A stretch of DNA of 18,587 nucleotides from a bacterium. GTDB lineage: Bacteria > Sysuimicrobiota > Sysuimicrobiia > Sysuimicrobiales > Humicultoraceae. Position 1 is the first letter of the stretch. Each line of letters opens with the position of its first letter. The position numbers and the translations under genes were made by a program. Below are positions 1 through 6,064 of the stretch, piece by piece. Under the pieces are notes generated by a model that was not told the origin of the DNA, ran no database searches, and saw nothing but the letters and a program-made list of their open reading frames with translations. Location of the stretch: contig JBGQGY010000076.1 of assembly GCA_041497675.1 (NCBI GenBank), positions 1 to 18,587 on the forward strand, read 5' to 3'.

Positions 1-974
1 AAGATCGGCACGTTGGCGCCGTCCATCGGATTCAACGCATAGGCGCCGATGAAGCAGCCGTCGCGATCCTTCTCGGTCGAGAGGCGCTCGATGTCCGATT
101 CGCGCGCGGCCTTGAACTTGTAGGCTTCGACCTCGGCGCGGCGATCGGACGTGGTCAGATGGTCGACCAGCGGGTGCTCGGGCGCGAGCACGCAGAAGGT
201 CATGCCGAAGACGGTATCGGGCCGCGTGGTGAAGACACGGAATGCGACGCCCGGATGCCCATTCACCGGAATCCCGAACTCGACGCCCTCGCTGCGGCCG
301 ATCCAGTTGGTCTGCAGCGTTTGCACCCGTTCCGGCCACTCGATCTGGGAGAAGTCAAGCAGTTCATCCGCATACGCCGTGATTTTGAGGAACCATTGCT
401 CGAGATTTTTCTTGATTACCGGCGTGCCACAGCGCTCGCACACGCGGTCCGCGCCGACCACCTGCTCCCGCGCCAGCGTCGTGTTGTCCTTTGGACACCA
501 GTCCACCGGCGCGAGCGCGCGGTAGGCGAGCCCGCGTTCGTGCATCTTGAGGAAGAACCACTGGTTCCACGTGTAGTAGTCGGGCCGGCAGGTGACGACC
601 TCGCGCGGCCAGTCCCACATGGCGCCCATCGAGCGCAGCTGCCGGCGCATCACGTCGATATTGCTCATCGTCCACTTGTAGGGATGGATGCCACGCGAGA
701 TGGCCGCGTTCTCCGCCGGCAGGCCGAAGGCATCGAAGCCCATCGGGAACATCACGTTGTAGCCCCGCATGCGCTTGTAACGGGCCGCGGCGTCCGAGGG
801 CGTCATGGCATACCAGTGCCCGATGTGCAGGTAGTCGCCCGACGGGTATGGGTACATGGTCACGAAGTAGAACTTGGGCCGCGGATCGCCGTCGCGCGCG
901 TGGTGCAGCCCATCGGCCTCCCAACGGGCCTGCCACTTTGGTTCGACGGCGCGCGAATCGTATCTCATCCTCAT
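1..974 (-). CDS. leuS: Leucyl-tRNA synthetase, N-terminal part (runs off the left edge; not in the ORF track)
   Basis: Manual translation from ATG 974 (or ATG 968) gives MRMRYDSRAVEPKWQARWEADG...KFYFVTMYPYPSGDYLHIGHWY, containing the class I HIGH motif. It continues with PMGFDAFGLPAENAA, WCPKDNTTLAREQV...CERCG, MQTNWIGRSEG and VFTTRPDTVFG, all typical of bacterial LeuRS. Confidence 0.97.
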   Translation of the reverse strand, partial: MRMRYDSRAVEPKWQARWEADGLHHARDGDPRPKFYFVTMYPYPSGDYLHIGHWYAMTPSDAAARYKRMRGYNVMFPMGFDAFGLPAENAAISRGIHPYKWTMSNIDVMRRQLRSMGAMWDWPREVVTCRPDYYTWNQWFFLKMHERGLAYRALAPVDWCPKDNTTLAREQVVGADRVCERCGTPVIKKNLEQWFLKITAYADELLDFSQIEWPERVQTLQTNWIGRSEGVEFGIPVNGHPGVAFRVFTTRPDTVFGMTFCVLAPEHPLVDHLTTSDRRAEVEAYKFKAARESDIERLSTEKDRDGCFIGAYALNPMDGANVPI

Positions 975-998
975 CGCAGGGGCCGGCGGCTCAGGACA

Positions 999-1931
999 CT
1001 AGGGCCGGGTCATCACCGGTACCGGGGTAAGCCACCCGTGCCGGTCGGGGATGCGGCCCTCCGTGATGCCAAAGAACTCATCCTGCAGCCGGCGCGTGAT
1101 GGGCCCCCTCCGCCCAGATCCCACGGGGACCTTATCAACGGACCGCACCGGTGTGATCTCGGCCGCGGTTCCAGTGAAGAAGACCTCGTCGGCGACGTAG
1201 AGCATCTCGCGCGGGAGCGGCATCTCCCGGATCTCGAGCCCCAGGTCGCGGCACAGCGCCGTCACCACCATGCGCGTGACGCCGGCCAGGATCGACGCCA
1301 CCAGCGGCGGCGTGTAGATCACGCCGTCGCGCACCAGGAACAGGTTTTCCCCGCTTCCCTCGCTGAGATACCCGTGCACGTCGAGGGCGATCCCTTCCGC
1401 GTACCCGTTGTCCACGGCTTCCATCACGATGAACGCCGAGTTGACGTAGTTCCCGCCGATCTTGCCCATCCCCGGGTGCGTGTCGGGCGCCATGCGCCGC
1501 CACGAACTCACCATGACGTCGACACCCTGCTCGATGGCCTCGGGACCGAGGTAGCGGCCCCACTCGATGGTCATGATGGCCATGTGCAGCGGGGACCGGC
1601 GAGGTTCCACGCTCCAAGATTCCACGCCGCGAAACACCAGGGGGCGTATGTAGCAGGACTGGTGACCGTTCGTGCTGACGGTCTCGAGGCACGCCTTCGA
1701 GAGCTGCTCCGCCGAATAGGGCAACGCCATCCGGAAGATCTTGCATGAATCCTGCAGGCGGCGAATGTGCGGGCTCAGACAGAAGGCCGCGGGGCCGCTC
1801 TGTGTTTCGTAGCACCTGATGCCTTCGAAGACGCTCGATCCATACTGCAGCGCGTGCGCCGCGACGTGGATCTTCGCGTCGTCCCATGGGACGAACTTGC
1901 CGTCAAACCAGATCCGCTCAGACGCCTTCAT
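999..1931 (-). CDS. ilvE: Branched-chain amino acid aminotransferase (fold-type IV PLP enzyme)
   Basis: Motifs HALQYGSSVFEGIRCY, YIRP, catalytic K in GKIGGNY, EGSGEN, ILAGVTR and TGTAAE. SD GGGAGG (1940-1945) lies 8 nt before the ATG. Confidence 0.95.
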   Translation of the reverse strand: MKASERIWFDGKFVPWDDAKIHVAAHALQYGSSVFEGIRCYETQSGPAAFCLSPHIRRLQDSCKIFRMALPYSAEQLSKACLETVSTNGHQSCYIRPLVFRGVESWSVEPRRSPLHMAIMTIEWGRYLGPEAIEQGVDVMVSSWRRMAPDTHPGMGKIGGNYVNSAFIVMEAVDNGYAEGIALDVHGYLSEGSGENLFLVRDGVIYTPPLVASILAGVTRMVVTALCRDLGLEIREMPLPREMLYVADEVFFTGTAAEITPVRSVDKVPVGSGRRGPITRRLQDEFFGITEGRIPDRHGWLTPVPVMTRP

Positions 1932-1963
1932 GTTCTCGCCCTCCCGGGGCTAAATACACCGAT

Positions 1964-1994
1964 GCCGCCCTCATCCCCACAGGACGAAGGCGGC
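1964..1994 (-). terminator. Terminator-like hairpin of the T-box element (no clear U-tract)
   Basis: GCCGCCTTCGTCCT-GTG-GGGATGAGGGCGGC forms a 14-bp stem with 3 G-U pairs. It overlaps the 3' half of the antiterminator, so the two are mutually exclusive. It is followed by ATCGGTGTATTT rather than a U-run. Confidence 0.65.
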
Positions 1995-2014
1995 CTCCGC
2001 GGTACCACCCATGG
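1977..2014 (-). promoter_or_regulatory. T-box antiterminator domain (no Stem I found)
   Basis: Minus strand reads AA-CCATGGG-TGGTACC-GCGGAGG-CCG-CCTTCGT-CCTGTGG. Helix A1 has 7 bp, the 7-nt UGGNACC bulge (N=U, fits discriminator A73) is at 2001-2007, and helix A2 has 7 bp. It lies upstream of ilvE-leuS, which are classic T-box targets. Confidence 0.88.
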
Positions 2015-2034
2015 TTGATGACGGGTGGAACATC

Positions 2035-2109
2035 TGGTGGAGCAGAAGGGAATTGAACCCTCAACCTCCCGCACGCCAAGCGGGCGCTCTCCCGGTGAGC
2101 TACTGCCCC
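2035..2109 (-). tRNA. tRNA-Ala (anticodon GGC), 75 nt, CCA encoded
   Basis: GGGGCAG TA GCTC ACCGGGA GAGC G CCCGC TTGGCGT GCGGG AGGTT GAGGG TTCAATT CCCTT CTGCTCC A CCA forms a full cloverleaf with the G3:U70 alanine identity pair and A73. Confidence 0.95.
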
Positions 2110-2131
2110 ACGCGTCACTCCCAATACACGG

Positions 2132-2161
2132 ATTATATCGGCGCGCTTCGAAGAGCGTCAA
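2132..2161 (-). promoter_or_regulatory. sigma70-type promoter for tRNA-Ala / T-box / ilvE-leuS
   Basis: -35 TTGACG (2156-2161, overlapping the upstream gene's TGA), 18-bp spacer, perfect -10 TATAAT (2132-2137). The predicted start is near 2125, about 15 nt before the tRNA. Confidence 0.85.
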
Positions 2162-3786
2162 GGCGCCTCGTTTGTGACGAGCACCCACCCTGTCGGCATC
2201 TCGAGCAAGATCGTAGGCCGCAGCCGGTTTCGCAGATTGGAATACGATTCGGGTTGAAGGACGCCAAAGACTCGCCCTTGGTGCCAGAGCCGCTCGACGG
2301 TGGCGTCGTCATCCGCGAACTGTATCGGTGGATCGAGCCAGTAGACCAACGGATTCGCTGCGGGCTTGTAGCCGCTGCGGAAGACCAACCGATCGCCTGG
2401 TCGGTAGAGTCGGTTGACGGTTGCGGCCACGGCGCGCCAGGGCCATAGGCGCTCCCAGTGCGTCGCAACGGCCCATCCCAGAACGCCGTAGGCCAGGAGT
2501 GTCCCGGCGCACAGGGCAGCCACGGCCGCGCGTGCGGTCCCTCGCCATGCCAGCGCGGCGAAGACCACGACGGACACCGCGACAACGCTGAGGAATGGCA
2601 CGAGCATCGGGCCATAGAAGACACGCACTTCTGTGGACTGGGATAATAACAGCCAAATATTAGCGCCGACTGCGGGGATGGCGACACCCGTGGTGACCAC
2701 AACCACGGGTCGCAGACCCCGTACGTCGTTCATTGACCGGATCAGCACCCGGGCCAAAAGCACGCACAGCGGTGGGAATAGCGGAAAGAGATAGCGGAAG
2801 ACCTTATCGCCCGGCGAGATCGACAACAGAACAAAGTGGAGACCGGCCCACAGCGCGCACAGGCGCAGCGCCGGCGGGCCCGTTCCAACCAGGCGCCATG
2901 CCTCCTGGACCACCCGCGGCAGCAGCCCAGTCCATGGAAAGGCCCAGATTGCCAGGATCGGTACGTACGCGATCACCGCTTGCCAGTAGGGCAGTGGTGC
3001 GCTCAATACCGGATGGAAGAAGCGTCCGACCCCGATGCCCGAGACGAACAACGCGTCGACGAAAGCCCTGCCATGCCGGAGTCCCTCGACAACGAACCAC
3101 GGAGCGGCGACGAGTGTGAACACGACCGCCCCGGCCGCAACCTGGGACCATCGCCAGTAGCCCACTTTCCCCGACGGAATGAGCATGTCTGCGGTAACGA
3201 CCAATCCGAAGACCGCAACCGCCACCAGGCCCTTGCTGAGAACCGCCGCCGCAATCCATACGCCCGCCAGGAGGGCCGCCCCGGTGTTGCCGCTGGTCCG
3301 GTATCGGAGATAGGCAACAAACCCCAGGGCAAGAAACACCGTGAGGGCGACATCCTGCTGCGGGGAGACGGACTGGTAAAAGCCCAGGAAGCTCGTCCCC
3401 AGCAGCAGCGCCGCAAGCACAGCCTCCTCCTGGCGTGCTGGTTCCGCCAAGCCCAGCCGGGAAAGACGGTAGGTCACCCCCAACAGGACGAGAGAGAGGG
3501 GCAGCTGCCAGATGCGGAGCGCCGCGCCGGTGGGACCGGTAACCCGGAGGACGAGTGCCATCAACCAGAACGTGAGCGGCGGTTTGTCCACGACCCACGA
3601 AGGCGACGGCCTGTGATGCAGTGTGACCCAGTCTCCCGACCGCAAAATTCCCTTCGCGATCTCTCCGAAGAACAGGGCGTCGCCGTCCACGTGCGGCATC
3701 AGGACACTTCCGGCGATCAGGAGGACGTCCAAGACGAGCAGCCCGAGCCAGACCTTCTCCCACCGGCGTGGACCGAACGGCGTCAT
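2158..3786 (-). CDS. ArnT/PMT_2-family (GT-C, GT83/GT39-like) integral membrane glycosyltransferase
   Basis: N-terminal DGD...EIAKGILRSGDW, DKPPLTFWL, LSKG, APWF, FPWTGLL, K-x-FRYLFPLFPP, with many hydrophobic helices. The acceptor substrate is unknown. Confidence 0.85.
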   Translation of the reverse strand: MTPFGPRRWEKVWLGLLVLDVLLIAGSVLMPHVDGDALFFGEIAKGILRSGDWVTLHHRPSPSWVVDKPPLTFWLMALVLRVTGPTGAALRIWQLPLSLVLLGVTYRLSRLGLAEPARQEEAVLAALLLGTSFLGFYQSVSPQQDVALTVFLALGFVAYLRYRTSGNTGAALLAGVWIAAAVLSKGLVAVAVFGLVVTADMLIPSGKVGYWRWSQVAAGAVVFTLVAAPWFVVEGLRHGRAFVDALFVSGIGVGRFFHPVLSAPLPYWQAVIAYVPILAIWAFPWTGLLPRVVQEAWRLVGTGPPALRLCALWAGLHFVLLSISPGDKVFRYLFPLFPPLCVLLARVLIRSMNDVRGLRPVVVVTTGVAIPAVGANIWLLLSQSTEVRVFYGPMLVPFLSVVAVSVVVFAALAWRGTARAAVAALCAGTLLAYGVLGWAVATHWERLWPWRAVAATVNRLYRPGDRLVFRSGYKPAANPLVYWLDPPIQFADDDATVERLWHQGRVFGVLQPESYSNLRNRLRPTILLEMPTGWVLVTNEAP

Positions 3787-3792
3787 CGAGCG

Positions 3793-4329
3793 CTAGTGAG
3801 GAGGGAGCACATCGAAACGGTGATCCTGGCCCCATGGCTGCGCGTCGCCCCTCAAGAGGCGCACAGCATGGTGCAGGATCGGGGCCAGGACATCCAGCCA
3901 CTCGCGAACCGCCTTGGGATTGCCGGGGAGATTGACGATCAGGGTACGCCCACGGACCCCCGCGACGGCCCGCGAGAGCATCGCCAGCGGTGTCTTCGCG
4001 GCCGTCTGCACCCGCGCGGCCTCCACCAACCCGGCCGCCAGACGATCGACCACCGCCAGCGTGGCCTCGGGCGTCACGTCGCGCGGGGCGAAGCCGCTCC
4101 CGCCGGTGGTCAGGACCAGCGCGGCGCCGTCGCGATCGGCGTAGTCGATGAGCCGCGCGCTGATGGCGTCTCGATCATCGGTCAAGACGTCACGCCGGAT
4201 GACCGTGGCCCCCAGACCTGCCAGGACCTCTGCGATCACATCGCCGCTGGTATCCGCGCCCTGTCCGCGCGCCACGGTGTCCGACAGCGTAAGGATGGCC
4301 GCCCGCACGCCGTCGAGCGTCCGGGTCAC
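3793..4329 (-). CDS. MogA/MoaB-family molybdopterin adenylyltransferase
   Basis: Motifs ILTLSD, DTSG, LTTGGSGFAPRDVTPEAT, MLSRAVAG and NLPGNPKAVRE. Start placed at GTG 4329 (GTGA overlap with moaC stop, SD GGAGG) rather than the ORF-track 4428. Confidence 0.92.
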   Translation of the reverse strand: MTRTLDGVRAAILTLSDTVARGQGADTSGDVIAEVLAGLGATVIRRDVLTDDRDAISARLIDYADRDGAALVLTTGGSGFAPRDVTPEATLAVVDRLAAGLVEAARVQTAAKTPLAMLSRAVAGVRGRTLIVNLPGNPKAVREWLDVLAPILHHAVRLLRGDAQPWGQDHRFDVLPPH

Positions 4330-4820
4330 AACGCCTCCCCGCGCCGGTTGTACGTGCCGCTCCGCCCGCCGCTCTTGTGAATCAGGCGTACACGGTCGAT
4401 CGTGATCCCCCGATCCGCGGCCTTGCACATGTCGTAGACGGTCAGCGCCGCCGCGGTCACGGCGACCAGCGCTTCCATTTCGACGCCCGTGCGCCCGGTC
4501 GTCCTCACCGTCGCTTCGATCCTGACCGCCGCCGCATCCGGCGCCGGTTCGACGCGCACCTGCACATCATCGAGCGGCAGCGGATGGCAGAGCGGGATCA
4601 GGTCCGCCGTCTTCTTGGCGGCCATCACTCCCGCCAGCTGCGCGACCGTCAGGACGTCACCTTTCGCCACCTGATTCGTGCGGATCAGCGCCAGCGTCTT
4701 GGGCTGCATGTGGACGTCCGCCCGTGCGACGGCGACGCGAGCCGTTCGCGCCTTCGCCGACACGTCGACCATGCGTGCCCGCCCTCGGCGGTCGACGTGT
4801 GTGAGTCGCGCCCTCTTCAC
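4326..4820 (-). CDS. moaC: Cyclic pyranopterin monophosphate synthase accessory protein MoaC
   Basis: Motifs LTHVD..G.ARMVDVSAK, KGDVL, LIPLCHP, TGVEMEAL, YDMCKA and KSGGRSG. GTG start overlaps the moeA stop. Confidence 0.97.
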   Translation of the reverse strand: MKRARLTHVDRRGRARMVDVSAKARTARVAVARADVHMQPKTLALIRTNQVAKGDVLTVAQLAGVMAAKKTADLIPLCHPLPLDDVQVRVEPAPDAAAVRIEATVRTTGRTGVEMEALVAVTAAALTVYDMCKAADRGITIDRVRLIHKSGGRSGTYNRRGEAL

Positions 4821-6064
4821 AGCAATCGCACCTCAACCTCCGCCCCTGCGGCGAACCCGTCCCCGCCCAACGGCACGACGACGATGCCGTCGGCCTCGGT
4901 GAGCGATGTGAGGATCTGCGAGCCGGCGGGCAGCGGCGCCGCCCAGAACCCGTCGGGGCGCATCTCCAGCTTGACCCGGCGATGATCCTCGCGAGGACCC
5001 GCCGACGGCAGTCGGGACGCCAGACGCGCCCGAACCCGGTGCCATCCGCGCGACGCGGGGTCCATCCCGAGGAGACGTTCCAACACCGGGCGCGCGAACA
5101 GGTCGAAGATGACCAGCGCGGATACGGGGTTCCCGGGCAACCCGATCACCGGCACCGAGCCGGCCGCTGCCAGCACGGTGGGTTTGCCCGGACGCACCGC
5201 GATGCCGTGGACGATGATCCCCGGCGGCCCAAGACGGGCGATGGCATCGGTGACGATGTCTCGCTCGCCGACCGACGACCCGCCGGAGACAAGCACCATG
5301 TCGTAGTCGGCGACGGCCCGGCGCAGCGCGGCTTCGACCGGCGCCAGCTCGTCACGAACGACACCGAGGATCTCAGGGATTCCACCCGAGGCCAGCACGG
5401 CGCCGGCGAGGGCGGCGCCGTTCATATCCCGCACTTTGCCCGGCTGCAGCGGGTCTTCCGCCGCCAGCACCTCATCGCCGGTCGAGAGAATGGCCACGCG
5501 CGGCTGGAGCGTCACCTGCACTCGCGGCCGGCCGATCCCAGCCAGAATCCCCAGGTCGGGCGCGCGAAGGCGGCGCCCTCGCGCAAACACGACCCGACCG
5601 GTGCGGACGTCGGCCCCTGCCGCGACGACGTTGTCCCCGGCCTTCACCGCGCGCTCGACGGCCACCGCGTCCTCGCCGTTCTGCACGTGCTCCTGCATGA
5701 CGACGGCGTCGGCGCCCTGGGGCAGCATCCCTCCGGTGGGAATCCGCACAGCCTCCCCGGACCCGACCGCGATCCCGGCGGGCGCGCCCATCCGGATCTC
5801 GCCCGCGTGACGCAGCCGCGCCGGTGTCTGTTGACTCGCCGTCTCGGTGTCGGCGGCGCGGACGGCCCAGCCGTCCACCAGCGATCGATCAAAGGGGGGC
5901 AGATCGTGGGGTGATACGATGTCTAGCGCGAGCACGCGTCCAAGCGCCTGCACCAGCGGGACATGCTCGGTGCCGCGCGGCGCCACTCGCAGCGCCGCGT
6001 CATACGCGGCCCGAGCTTCTTGTGGGGTGTGCAGCCGGCCGAACGCCTTGGTCGGGGCGGTCAG
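4817..6064 (-). CDS. moeA: Molybdopterin molybdotransferase MoeA (gephyrin-like); probable CTG start
   Basis: Motifs ALGRVLA, PPFDRSLVDGWAV, GADAVVMQE, ILSTGDE, SGGSSVG, RPGKP and LPGNPVS. The ORF-track N-terminal 137 aa overlap kbl and look spurious. Start inferred at CTG 6062-6064 (CTGA overlap with kbl stop, SD GGAGTGAT 6 nt upstream). Confidence 0.93.
   Translation of the reverse strand: MTAPTKAFGRLHTPQEARAAYDAALRVAPRGTEHVPLVQALGRVLALDIVSPHDLPPFDRSLVDGWAVRAADTETASQQTPARLRHAGEIRMGAPAGIAVGSGEAVRIPTGGMLPQGADAVVMQEHVQNGEDAVAVERAVKAGDNVVAAGADVRTGRVVFARGRRLRAPDLGILAGIGRPRVQVTLQPRVAILSTGDEVLAAEDPLQPGKVRDMNGAALAGAVLASGGIPEILGVVRDELAPVEAALRRAVADYDMVLVSGGSSVGERDIVTDAIARLGPPGIIVHGIAVRPGKPTVLAAAGSVPVIGLPGNPVSALVIFDLFARPVLERLLGMDPASRGWHRVRARLASRLPSAGPREDHRRVKLEMRPDGFWAAPLPAGSQILTSLTEADGIVVVPLGGDGFAAGAEVEVRLL

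Noticed and set aside
159..1748. 529-aa plus-strand ORF (also 2836-4380, 4982-5914, 15505-16668, 16838-18145 and similar)
   Set aside because: These are antisense shadows of well-supported genes, expected in high-GC DNA. They are Arg/His/Gly-rich and have no recognisable motifs.
2023..2044. Duplicated tRNA 3' end read as an attL/attR integration scar
   Set aside because: The copy is only about 10 nt, imperfect and immediately adjacent, with no integrase or cargo between. It is better explained as part of the RNA switch, though an ancient scar cannot be excluded.
1918..2188. Short minus-strand ORFs (68 and 86 aa) across the tRNA/T-box as leader peptides
   Set aside because: They start within or upstream of the promoter/TSS, run through a tRNA, lack an SD and have no Leu/Ile/Val codon run.
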